From: Schmidtea polychroa
Taxonomy: Eukaryota
Direction of reading: 5' to 3'
Assembly (NCBI GenBank): GCA_044892525.1
Contig: CM097885.1
Location: 187,426,001-187,490,000, forward strand
Length of the DNA stretch: 64,000 bases
The notes under the pieces are model-generated. The model saw nothing but the letters and a program-made list of their open reading frames with translations. It had not been told where the DNA came from and searched no databases. The translations under genes and the position numbers were made by a program. Shown here in pieces: positions 25,101-38,560 of this stretch (within the stretch, counting starts at the first letter, position 1; every line of letters begins with the position of its first letter).

Positions 25101-25712
25101 ACAATAATAATAATAATAGTAATTTATGATAAACCAGGGAAATTATCTTATAATGGGTCAACATAATTGTTGTGATTATAAATATAGTAATTAGGAAAAT
25201 ATTATAATATATAACAACGAAAATTTATTAATTATAAAATTGCGATGTCGATATATGTATCCCATCTGACAATTGGCTATGCTCTACAATTAATAAAGGC
25301 ACCATATTTTGATTTTAAATTGAGTCATGTTTTTGTTTTTTATTACCCCTTCTCCACTTTCTACAACAAAAATTGATGCAATGTTGGAAAACATATCTAT
25401 AGAAAATATTAATACAGAGACTCCGATTTACATAAGAATTATTGAACGTTTTAATTTACTTATAATTATTACATAATTAATAAATTAAAAATTAAAACAA
25501 ATCTTTAAAACAAATTTTTGAAAATATCAAATTTCATAAATTTCAAAATCTTTTTTTTGTTTCATAAGTTTGTTATGAATTCTTTTCTATTTTACTTTTG
25601 ACCTGTAAGATTTGAAATAATTTTCAATTAATCAATTACGAATTAATTAAATTAAATATTAATTCAAACTAACAATAAGGAGTTACCACTTTTATTCAAA
25701 ATATCATAAATC

Positions 25713-26126
25713 ATGGCAAATATGAAAACTTACCGAGTAGTGAAAAAACATTCCAAATCAAACAGTCACAAGAGAGTCACGACAATTGGCGTCAAAAGAT
25801 TTGGAAACCCTTATTCGTTATTCTTAAAGTCAATGCGTGCTCATTACAATGGGGACTTCGTACAGTTTTCTCGTCAATGCGCCGAGACCTGGAAAGTAAT
25901 GAATTGGAGTCAACGGAAAAAGTATGTCATGAAATCTCTGAAATTGAAAAAGATCTATGAGAAGGCAAAAGGATTTACAATTGTTAGTCCATATTTGAAA
26001 TTTGTGTCGGAGAAATATTGGGAGATTAAGAAAAGCCATCCAGACTGGAATTCAAAGCAAATCAAAGACGAAACCATGCAACAATATAGAGATATTAAAA
26101 ATTCTAACAAACCCCTCGTTAATTGA
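25713..26126 (+). CDS. Small basic HMG-box protein (one complete HMG-box-like domain plus a truncated second), intronless
   Basis: NPYSLFLK...FVQFSRQCAETWKVMNWSQRKKY follows the HMGB box A pattern; SPYLKFVSEKYWEIKKSHPDW follows box B. 137-aa ORF with ATG and stop. Confidence 0.75.
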   Translation: MANMKTYRVVKKHSKSNSHKRVTTIGVKRFGNPYSLFLKSMRAHYNGDFVQFSRQCAETWKVMNWSQRKKYVMKSLKLKKIYEKAKGFTIVSPYLKFVSEKYWEIKKSHPDWNSKQIKDETMQQYRDIKNSNKPLVN

Positions 26127-26919
26127 ATATTTATAATTTCTTCAAATGAAATTAAGTTTATGGTAAACATAAGTGGATTAAATAAAATATTTGTATGCGA
26201 TTTGTTTTGTTATGTTGACAAATAATTTATTATTTATTTATATATACCGAAATATATAACTCTCTGGCTATGCAGGTACTTACATTGCGCATATTGTGGT
26301 AAAATGTTTTATCAACAAAAAATGGCATTTACATGGACTTCTACCAATAGGGAACTCAAAACTAATCTTTTATAATCTATTACATCTGTTTGCATGGAAT
26401 AAAAACTTCTATAAAATTAAAAAAAAGTCAATAAAGTGGTGGGTTACGACTTATGAAAATTTTCTGTATTCGCATTCACTTGTATCCATCCGGAAATATC
26501 TAAATACCAATCTCTTCTCTTTTCCATTCACAGCTTCGCAATAACTATTGTTTACCACCAAATGCCGTCTCAAGCAACTGTTGAGTCAAAACTGGCATTG
26601 GATTAAAATTTTAAAATCAAATTCTAATTGTCAGTATTTTGATAAAAAAAGGTCAATAGCACGACATGAAAAACACAGCATTAAGCTGAGTTGAAATCGA
26701 AACACAAATACAACACCTTGTTATATGAAGGATGGGAAACCCTAATGGTCGAATCAATCTACTTTGGGTGTCAAATTTATGATAGAATATGGGCAAGTTC
26801 TAAAAGTTCTAAAATTGAAATACTATATAATACAATAGTAGTATGATTGGTCACCGCCAGAACAGGTCACCGCCCGGCCACATATACCCCCCTCCCCCTC
26901 CCCCCCGGGAAAAAAAATT

Positions 26920-27570
26920 TTTAGAACGATGCCACATATTTTTAGAACTATTACGTAATCGATGCCTAATAATTTTAGAATGATTACGTCATAATTTTAG
27001 AACGATGCCTAATATTTTTAGAACTATTACGTAATCGATGCCTCATATTTTTAGAATGATGACACATTTTATTCAAAATATTATTAATTGGCCCAGCGGG
27101 CTCACACTTTTTTTCATCCCAAAAATTAATATTCTCGTTAACAGATTTTATTGGCCGATACCTCATCTTAAAGCTCAGTCCAAGACCTTTCGAATGAGCT
27201 ATACGTATCTTATATATCTTTGATAGTTGTAATGTTATTAACACTTTTTTTCATCCCAAAGATTAATGTTCCCGCCAACATATTATATTGATCGATAGCT
27301 TATTTTAAAGCTCTGTGCAAGAAATTTCTAATGAGATATAGATTTTTATCATACGATGACTCATCACATTTTTAGAACAAAGACAATGATGCATAATATT
27401 TTTAGAACGATGCCACATATTTTTAGAACTATTACGTAATCGATGCCTAATATTTTTAGAACGATGCCTAATATTTTTAGAATGATTACGTCATATTTTT
27501 AGAACGATGTCTAATATTTTTAGAACGATGCCTAATATTTTTAGAACGATGCCTAATATTTTTAGAACTA
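26920..27570. repeat. Subterminal minisatellite, 22-bp unit tttttagaacgatgcctaatat with variants (left arm)
   Basis: Two clusters (about 26920-27060 and 27370-27570), mirrored at about 37808-38000 and 38390-38560. Confidence 0.9.
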
Positions 27571-28146
27571 ATAATTTTGTTTTAATTATCGATTACATAA
27601 TAATTTAATTTTGTTTAAATCGTTGATTATATAATTTGTTTAAATCATTGATTATATAATTTTTTGTTTTAATTATCGAATACGTAATAATATAATTTGT
27701 TTAAATCGTTGATTACATATTATTATTTTTTAATTTTCAATATTTTCTTTTAAAATATTAACGCACGCGNNNNNNNNNNNNNNNNNNNNNNNNNNNNNNN
27801 NNNNNNNNNNNNNNNNNNNNNNNNNNNNNNNNNNNNNNNNNNNNNNNNNNNNNNNNNNNNNNNNNNNNNNNNNNNNNNNNNNNNNNNNNNNNNNNNNNNN
27901 NNNNNNNTAATTTCTACATCAATTTCATGATTTTCAACATTTTCATCATTTGCATTTTTTAATAATTATCAATATTTTCATAATTTTCTACATTTTCAAT
28001 ATTTTCACGATTTTCAACATTTTCATGATTATTTCAGGAACTTTTACATCAAATATTGTTCAAAGTATTATTTTCAAAGAATTATTTTCAAAGTTTTAAT
28101 CAATATTATTATTATTATTAATATTATTATTATGATTATTATTATA

Positions 28147-28231
28147 TATACTCCTAGTCTATCCGACAAGATATTCTGTCCCCCTAAGGGTAATGGTCAC
28201 AAAGGTACTGCTCACAATCAACATGTCGCAA
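28147..28231 (+). repeat. About 90-bp cassette (tatactc...atccgacaag...ccccta.gggta...ggtact...caacat.tcgcaagggtata), copy 1 of 7
   Basis: Other copies at 28744-28835, 30552-30643 and 32736-32848 (+), and 34617-34709, 36431-36523 and 37081-37166 (-). Confidence 0.85.
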
Positions 28232-28383
28232 ATTATTTTCAAATACAATTTCAAAGTATTATTATTATTATTGAAAAACCTAAAATATTTTTTACACATA
28301 GATACACAACCCATTAAACTTTATTATTATTAACGCAAATATTAGTGAAAAACCTAAATTATTTTTTACACGACCCATTAAAC

Positions 28384-28387
<4 letters not shown>

Positions 28388-28460
<73 letters not shown>

Positions 28461-28509
28461 CAATATTAAAAACCTAAAATATTTTTACACACACACAACC
28501 CATTAAACT

Positions 28510-28580
<71 letters not shown>
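28388..28580. repeat. Long (ATT)n microsatellites in the left arm, mirrored as (AAT)n at about 36690-36925
   Basis: Direct inspection. Confidence 0.95.
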
Positions 28581-31500
28581 ATTAGTCAAAAACCTAAAAT
28601 AATTTTTACACACTAAGTTATGGGGTAGAGAATTATTATATGTTTGCAATATTCTGTGTTTGCCTTTACATGAAGTTGTCAATAAGGAGCGATAATTTTA
28701 CACACACATTCTATATACACATACCTTGTTTAACATGGGTGTATATACTCCTAGTCTATCCGACAAAATATTCTGTCCCCCTATGGGTATTGCTCACAAA
28801 GGTACTACTCACATTCAACATATCGCAAGGGTATATTAATTAAGGTTAGTAAATAAAACTTATCACACACACTATTTAAACGAAAAAAATCAAGACAAGA
28901 GAGGACAAGGCAAAGTTTATGCGTTTAGTATTGCCAGGCCTAATGAGCAGTGACCAAATATCTGTGCCTGAAAGACACGGTGGATATTTGTTCGCGTCCA
29001 CAAGGGTCGTCTGTGCCTCCCCCAAGTGGGGTCAGAAGAACCTGGGCATTATAGCTTTCCGTACGGAACATTACGCCTAGCATGGGTAGTCAACTACCAG
29101 CGCATTCGAAACGTATAATTTCAAAATACATGCGTCATTGGCACTATAACCAAATTAATTAATGTTTTCACTAACACAAATATATATTTACAGAGGCCTC
29201 CCACTAGTTGGATTACAACCGCCCACCACGACGATCAGCTTGTAAATATATATATTAATTAAGGGATAAAGAGGACCCACCCAACCCTATTATATTTAAT
29301 TTACAAATTTTTCTCGCTCTTCTGCTGGTAATCTATCTCAAAATTATCATCTCCATCGAGCCATTTGCTAAATTTATATTGATTTAAAAGCAATTAACTT
29401 ACAGATGTTATCTAACATTTTATCGTCACAAATTAAATTCTGTCTGACTATTAGGCAACTGTTATTTGTGGTATACTTTTTCAATGTCATTTCCCACCAT
29501 AAAACACAGATACCTAAATATAATATATATATTTTAAAGAATTAATTCATGTCTTACATTAATAATAATATTCTTCAGGTAGTACTTTACAATATCTAAT
29601 TGCTGAAACATCGGTTTCTCCCATTTTTCTTGACATTCGTTGAAAGTTTACATAATTTAAGTCTGATAATTCATGTTGAAGGACACCCACAATCAGCTAA
29701 TTCATTTAAGAAATCCAGAACATAGCAATGTTTCACCATTTTGTCTGGTTCATTTTCTTCTATAATTCATGTTTTAATAAGAAATTTCTAAATCCAGAAC
29801 ATAAGTCATTTAGTGTTTCACCATTTTATCTGGTTCATCTTCTTCATAATCATATAATTCATTTTCTTCATTACTAAGTAAAATAATTAAAATATTGTAG
29901 TAAATTCTTTATTTACTTACTTTATGGATACTAAAACGAAAGAAATAAAGTTATTTGAAAAGTATATTTAAATAATTTAAATTTAGTTATTTAAAAATAT
30001 TTAAACAATTTAGTTATTTAAGCATATTTAAACATTAACATTATTATATAGTATAATTTTATATAATATTATAATTTTATGTACACTTATATATCCTTCA
30101 TTTAATTTTTTAAATTCAAATATTTATAATGAAGAATCTTTGAATTAAAAAAAATATTCTGTTAGTATTTCCAGGCAGAAAACAACGAATTCAATAATTA
30201 AAATCATAATTTCATGTTGTTAGGGTTGTGGCCAGAAGTTAATCGCCATCTAATCGTTTGTTCTCAATTTCGCTCATTTTTGTTCAAAACATTCAGGTGA
30301 GTTATTATCTGGAAAGTTTCTTTTAGCTCAGCTTTGTTAAAACACTCACGGTATTCTTGAGGGACGTGACACTGGAAATAAATTAACAATGGGTGGTCAT
30401 CCATACATGTTGGTGGTCTGAGCGGTCGATTTATTTAGAAATAGGTATAGTAAAAACATTTACGGTATCATTCAGTAAAATAATATAGTATTTTTGAGTA
30501 TGTTTTAGTTAATTTATAAATAACAGTATTTTGATATATCAATAAACACCATATACTCCGAGTTTATCCGGCAAGATATTCTGTCCCCCTATGGGTAATG
30601 GTAGCAAGGGTACTGGTCACACTCAACATGTCGCAAGGGTATATTAACCATTTAGAAATTCTTAGGTAAGATAATCAGAAATTTGTGAATATTTTAAATG
30701 TAACTTTACACTTATGTCGAGCGACTAATTTATTGGTTAACTTTTTAGACATTTAAAGCAAAAGATAATTTATTCATCTAATGTTCGTTACAATAGTTAA
30801 TAATATGAGAAAAACATGGTCATTATTCATTGATAATTTTAAATTCTTTATCATTTAGAGTAAATTTGTTTGAGGCAAAAATAATTAAAGGAGTCATAAT
30901 AGAAATATGGTTATCATTTATCCAATTAAGGGGCTTATTAGTTAGAAATATATATTATAAAGTAACAATTATTTTCTAATTTAATTAGATGATCATTAGA
31001 CGTAATATATCTTTGCGAGAAATTTAAGATGTTTGAGTAACCAAAACATGGATATTTTGTGCGATAAATTTATGAATATTGGTTAATTTTGTTATTTTTA
31101 GTCATTTAAAATAATATTTAGCAAAGGTAATTTAGCAAAATATCATTGAAAGATTTATCCATCCGATAATAATATTCCTTCAATAGATTTTACCTTTATT
31201 ATTCAACCGATTTAATTTCTAGAAATCTAATTAAAATCATAAAATTCCTTCAATAAAGATCAACTTTCTTTAGCTGTTGTTGATTTCCAACTTTTAAGTC
31301 AATATTTCTCAAGTTTTGTCACTGATGTCCCCACAATGAATAAAATAACTTCTTAAGTAAATAATTTAAAGCAATAACCTTTGATATCAATCCCAATTAA
31401 TTCTAAAGATTTCAAATATTTCATTGTGAAAACCAAGTAAATTGATCATTAACCCTAAACGACTTAATAAAACAGTGGATAATTAATAAAAAACTGGTTC

Positions 31501-32192
31501 TAAAACATAAATCTAAATTACTGTGCAATAACATTCATCACAACCTAATAAACCTCTAAAACGATATAATTTCACAGGAACTATTATTAATTCATAGCTA
31601 AATACTGACTATTTCCCTTTAAAATTTTACCAATAAGAACATTGTCGATTTAAATAGAGATTTCAAACATTTCCACCTTAACCGATCCCTCACCAAATAT
31701 TTCTATCATTTTAAACACCCCCTTAAAAATCATATATTACCATCTTAACCAACCGACTTTAATATATCAGACCTTTAATATATCAGACCTTTAATATATC
31801 AATTCTCTTAAAATCCATAGAAAATTCTTCAAAATATGAATTTTATTTAATTGTTACAGACATCCTTCCATTTAAATAATTTAGTATCTAAATTCATGTA
31901 GTAAGAGCCCACTAAAAGATCAAAATTCACTAAAATCAATACATTTTCTACAAATATTTCACCACATTTACCATCAAATACCTAACTAGAGATGAAATAT
32001 ATTGATTGATCATAATTCTTCATCGATTCAACTAATTATATAGCAATTATAACGTGATATATCTTTCAAAATCACAAATTTCAGTATATTTTACAATAAT
32101 TTTTACAAAAATTAAATAATAATCACTTGATTATTGTAAAAACTCTAATTATTAACCTAACTGTCATTAAAAATAATTTTTATTTAAAAGTA

Positions 32193-32408
32193 CCGTATTT
32201 TAGCGCATATAACGCGCGCGGTATCTGATTACAATAAACAATAAAACCGATGGTAGGGTTACTGTCACATCATAAAAATATTTCCACTGGCAAAGCCGCC
32301 ACGTGTAAAATATAAATCATAAAGCGCGCACCTACAGATACCGCGCATGGGGGGTGCACGGTTTGTAAAAATGCGTATAACGCGCGCGTTATATGCGCTA
32401 AAATACGG
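32193..32408. mobile_element. 216-bp Tc1/mariner-superfamily (Tc2/pogo-like) MITE
   Basis: 28-bp TIR ccgtattttagcgcatataacgcgcgcg at both ends. TA TSD at 32191-32192 and 32409-32410. Confidence 0.92.
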
Positions 32409-32417
32409 TAAATCTTA

Positions 32418-32670
32418 AAAAAAATCTTATTCTAAAATGGTAAGCAGTGTAAAATCGAAAGATAACACAGAGATAAAATTAACAATATTATTCTTGATTA
32501 AGTCCTTTAATATTAGCAATTATTATTAAATTTACTATTTTACACTAAATATTTCATTTCACTTTAATGAAGATTCTTACCTCCTGAGAATAATATTGTT
32601 AATTTATCTCGGTGTTATTAAAATTATCTTTCGACTTTACGCTTCTTACCATTTTAGAATAAGATTTTTT
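32418..32670. repeat. Imperfect inverted repeat (about 80-bp arms, about 90-nt loop) in the spacer of the giant palindrome
   Basis: aaaaaatcttattctaaaatggtaag...aacaatattattct versus agaataatattgtt...cttaccattttagaataagatttttt. Confidence 0.9.
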
Positions 32671-35600
32671 ATCAAAATTTGTGTTAATTTGACTGATTCA
32701 ATTTGATGGAGTTATTGTTAATTCGTTTTATTATATATACTCTGAGTTTATCCGACAAGATATTTTCTCCCTCTATGGGTACTGCTCACAATTGGTACTG
32801 GTCGTAAGGGTACTGGTCGTAAGGGTACTGGTCGTAAAGGTACTGGTGTGTTTTAATGATTTTATTTAGGCAAATTTTTGGTTATTATTTAGCATTAAAT
32901 TCATTGGTAATTTTTAGAGTTAGCGGGATTTTACTAACATTATTACTAACCTTTTTGTGAATAATTGAAAGAATATTTTGAAATTTAACGTTTTAGTGTT
33001 AATTCTAAGACAAATTTAATTAATTTTTTGATAATTTGCTATATTTTATTGACTTGTTTTTAAATTTACTTTTAAATAAAAATTATTTTTAATGACAGTT
33101 AGGTTAATAATTAGAGTTTTTACAATAATCAAGTGATTATTATTTAATTTTTGTAAAAATTATTGTAAAATATACTGAAATTTGTGATTTTGAAAGATAT
33201 ATCACGTTATAATTGCTATATAATTAGTTGAATCGATGAAGAATTATGACCAATCAATATATTTCATCTCTAGTTAGGTATTTGATGGTAAATGTGGTGA
33301 AATATTTGTAGAAAATGTATTGATTTTAGTGAATTTTGATCTTTTAGTGGGCTCTTACTACATGAATTTAGATACTAAATTATTTCAATGGAAGGATGTC
33401 TGTAACAATTAAATAAAATTCATATTTTGAAGAATTTTCTATGGATTTTAAGAGAATTGATATATTAAAGGTCTGATATATTAAAGGTCTGATATATTAA
33501 AGTCGGTTGGTTAAGATGGTAATATATGATTTTTAAGGGGGTGTTTAAAATGATAGAAATATTTGGTGAGGGATCGGTTAAGGTGGAAATGTTTGAAATC
33601 TCTATTTAAATCGGCAATGTTCTTATTGGTAAAATTTTAAAGGGAAATAGTCAGTATTTAGCTATGAATTAATAATAGTTCCTGTGAAATTATATCGTTT
33701 TAGAGGTTTATTAGGTTGTGATGAATGTTATTGCACAGTAATTTAGATTTATGTTTTAGAACCAGTTTTTTATTAATTATCCACTGTTTTATTAAGTCGT
33801 TTAGGGTTAATGATCAATTTACTTGGTTTTCACAATGAAATATTTGAAATCTTTAGAATTAATTGGGATTGATATCAAAGGTTATTGCTTTAAATTATTT
33901 ACTTAAGAAGTTATTTTATTCATTGTGGGGACATCAGTGACAAAACTTGAGAAATATTGACTTAAAAGTTGGAAATCAACAACAGCTAAAGAAAGTTGAT
34001 CTTTATTGAAGGAATTTTATGATTTTAATTAGATTTCTAGAAATTAAATCGGTTGAATAATAAAGGTAAAATCTATTGAAGGAATATTATTATCGGATGG
34101 ATAAATCTTTCAATGATATTTTGCTAAATTACCTTTGCTAAATATTATTTTAAATGACTAAAAATAACAAAATTAACCAATATTCATAAATTTATCGCAC
34201 AAAATATCCATGTTTTGGTTACTCAAACATCTTAAATTTCTCGCAAAGATATATTACGTCTAATGATCATCTAATTAAATTAGAAAATAATTGTTACTTT
34301 ATAATATATATTTCTAACTAATAAGCCCCTTAATTGGATAAATGATAACCATATTTCTATTATGACTCCTTTAATTATTTTTGCCTCAAACAAATTTACT
34401 CTAAATGATAAAGAATTTAAAATTATCAATGAATAATGACCATGTTTTTCTCATATTATTAACTATTGTAACGAACATTAGATGAATAAATTATCTTTTG
34501 CTTTAAATGTCTAAAAAGTTAACCAATAAATTAGTCGCTCGACATAAGTGTAAAGTTACATTTAAAATATTCACAAATTTCTGATTATCTTACCTAAGAA
34601 TTTCTAAATGGTTAATATACCCTTGCGACATGTCGAGTGTGACCAGTACCCTTGCTACCATTACCCATAGGGGGACAGAATATCTTGCCGGATAAACTCG
34701 GAGTATATGGTGTTTATTGATATATCAAAATACTGTTATTTATAAATTAACTAAAACATACTCAAAAATACTATATTATTTTACTGAATGATACCGTAAA
34801 TGTTTTTACTATACCTATTTCTAAATAAATCGACCGCTCAGACCACCAACATGTATGGATGACCACCCATTGTTAATTTATTTCCAGTGTCACGTCCCTC
34901 AAGAATACCGTGAGTGTTTTAACAAAGCTGAGCTAAAAGAAACTTTCCAGATAATAACTCACCTGAATGTTTTGAACAAAAATGAGCGAAATTGAGAACA
35001 AACGATTAGATGGCGATTAACTTCTGGCCACAACCCTAACAACATGAAATTATGATTTTAATTATTGAATTCGTTGTTTTCTGCCTGGAAATACTAACAG
35101 AATATTTTTTTTAATTCAAAGATTCTTCATTATAAATATTTGAATTTAAAAAATTAAATGAAGGATATATAAGTGTACATAAAATTATAATATTATATAA
35201 AATTATACTATATAATAATGTTAATGTTTAAATATGCTTAAATAACTAAATTGTTTAAATATTTTTAAATAACTAAATTTAAATTATTTAAATATACTTT
35301 TCAAATAACTTTATTTCTTTCGTTTTAGTATCCATAAAGTAAGTAAATAAAGAATTTACTACAATATTTTAATTATTTTACTTAGTAATGAAGAAAATGA
35401 ATTATATGATTATGAAGAAGATGAACCAGATAAAATGGTGAAACACTAAATGACTTATGTTCTGGATTTAGAAATTTCTTATTAAAACATGAATTATAGA
35501 AGAAAATGAACCAGACAAAATGGTGAAACATTGCTATGTTCTGGATTTCTTAAATGAATTAGCTGATTGTGGGTGTCCTTCAACATGAATTATCAGACTT

Positions 35601-36686
35601 AAATTATGTAAACTTTCAACGAATGTCAAGAAAAATGGGAGAAACCGATGTTTCAGCAATTAGATATTGTAAAGTACTACCTGAAGAATATTATTATTAA
35701 TGTAAGACATGAATTAATTCTTTAAAATATATATATTATATTTAGGTATCTGTGTTTTATGGTGGGAAATGACATTGAAAAAGTATACCACAAATAACAG
35801 TTGCCTAATAGTCAGACAGAATTTAATTTGTGACGATAAAATGTTAGATAACATCTGTAAGTTAATTGCTTTTAAATCAATATAAATTTAGCAAATGGCT
35901 CGATGGAGATGATAATTTTGAGATAGATTACCAGCAGAAGAGCGAGAAAAATTTGTAAATTAAATATAATAGGGTTGGGTGGGTCCTCTTTATCCCTTAA
36001 TTAATATATATATATATATATTTACAAGCTGATCGTCGTGGTGGGCGGTTGTAATCCAACTAGTGGGAGGCCTCTGTAAATATATATTTGTGTTAGTGAA
36101 AACATTAATTAATTTGGTTATAGTGCCAATGACGCATGTATTTTGAAATTATACGTTTCGAATGCGCTGGTAGTTGACTACCCATGCTAGGCGTAATGTT
36201 CCGTACGGAAAGCTATAATGCCCAGGTTCTTCTGACCCCACTTGGGGGAGGCACAGACGACCCTTGTGGACGCGAACAAATATCCACCGTGTCTTTCAGG
36301 CACAGATATTTGGTCACTGCTCATTAGGCCTGGCAATACTAAACGCATAAACTTTGCCTTGTCCTCTCTTGTCTTGATTTTTTTCGTTTAAATAGTGTGT
36401 GTGATAAGTTTTATTTACTAACCTTAATTAATATACCCTTGCGATATGTTGAATGTGAGTAGTACCTTTGTGAGCAATACCCATAGGGGGACAGAATATT
36501 TTGTCGGATAGACTAGGAGTATATACACCCATGTTAAACAAGGTATGTGTATATAGAATGTGTGTGTAAAATTATCGCTCCTTATTGACAACTTCATGTA
36601 AAGGCAAACACAGAATATTGCAAACATATAATAATTCTCTACCCCATAACTTAGTGTGTAAAAATTATTTTAGGTTTTTGACTAAT

Positions 36687-36760
<74 letters not shown>

Positions 36761-36875
36761 AGTTTAATGGGTTGTGTGTGTGTAAAAAATATTTTAGGTT
36801 TTTCGCTAATATTGATAATAATAATTGTTAATGGGTTGTGTGTGTGTGTAAAAATATTTTAGGTTTTTAATATTG

Positions 36876-36928
<53 letters not shown>

Positions 36929-37807
36929 GTTTAATGGGTCGTGTAAAAAATAATTTAGGGTTTTCACTAATATTTGCGTTAATAATAATAAAGTTTAATG
37001 GGTTGTGTATCTATGTGTAAAAAATATTTTAGGTTTTTCAATAATAATAATAATACTTTGAAATTGTATTTGAAAATAATTTGCGACATGTTGATTGTGA
37101 GCAGTACCTTTGTGACCATTACCCTTAGGGGGACAGAATATCTTGTCGGATCGACTAGGAGTATATATAATAATAATCATAATAATAATATTAATAATAA
37201 TAATAATAATATTGATTAAAACTTTGAAAATAATTCTTTGAAAATAATACTTTGAACAATATTTGATGTAAAAGTTCCTGAAATAATCATGAAAATGTTG
37301 AAAATCGTGAAAATATTGAAAATGTAGAAAATTATGAAAATATTGATAATTATTAAAAAATGCAAATGATGAAAATGTTGAAAATCATGAAATTGATGTA
37401 GAAATTANNNNNNNNNNNNNNNNNNNNNNNNNNNNNNNNNNNNNNNNNNNNNNNNNNNNNNNNNNNNNNNNNNNNNNNNNNNNNNNNNNNNNNNNNNNNN
37501 NNNNNNNNNNNNNNNNNNNNNNNNNNNNNNNNNNNNNNNNNNNNNNNNNNNNNNNNNNNNNNNNNNNNNNNNNNNNNNNNNNNNNNNNNNNNNNNNNNNN
37601 NNNNNNNNCGCGTGCGTTAATATTTTAAAAGAAAATATTGAAAATTAAAAAATAATAATATGTAATCAACGATTTAAACAAATTATATTATTACGTATTC
37701 GATAATTAAAACAAAAAATTATATAATCAATGATTTAAACAAATTATATAATCAACGATTTAAACAAAATTAAATTATTATGTAATCGATAATTAAAACA
37801 AAATTAT

Positions 37808-38560
37808 TAGTTCTAAAAATATTAGGCATCGTTCTAAAAATATTAGGCATCGTTCTAAAAATATTAGACATCGTTCTAAAAATATGACGTAATCATTCTA
37901 AAAATATTAGGCATCGTTCTAAAAATATTAGGCATCGATTACGTAATAGTTCTAAAAATATGTGGCATCGTTCTAAAAATATTATGCATCATTGTCTTTG
38001 TTCTAAAAATGTGATGAGTCATCGTATGATAAAAATCTATATCTCATTAGAAATTTCTTGCACAGAGCTTTAAAATAAGCTATCGATCAATATAATATGT
38101 TGGCGGGAACATTAATCTTTGGGATGAAAAAAAGTGTGAGCCTGCTGGGCCAATTAATAATATTTTGACAAATAATAATAATTTAACTTTGAAAAGATGG
38201 TGGTCATCAAATGTTAATAACATTACAACTATTAAAGACATATAAGATACGTATAGCTCATTCTAAAGGTCTTGGACTGAGCTTTAAGATGAGGTATCGG
38301 TCAATAAAATCTGTTAACGAGAACATTAATTTTTGGGATGAAAAAAAGTGTGAGCCCGCTGGGCCAATTAATAATATTTTGAATAAAATGTGTCATCATT
38401 CTAAAAATATGAGGCATCGTTCTAAAAATATGAGGCATCGATTACGTAATAGTTCTAAAAATATTAGGCATCGTTCTAAAATTATGACGTAATCATTCTA
38501 AAAATATTAGGCGTCGATTACGTAATAGTTCTAAAAATATGTGGCATCGTTCTAAAATTT
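37808..38560. repeat. Subterminal 22-bp minisatellite (right arm)
   Basis: Reverse complement of the 26920-27570 arrays. Confidence 0.9.

Noticed and set aside
26920-27570. 22-bp repeats as a CRISPR array
   Set aside because: Units are head-to-tail with no unique spacers, there are no cas genes, and the context is eukaryotic.
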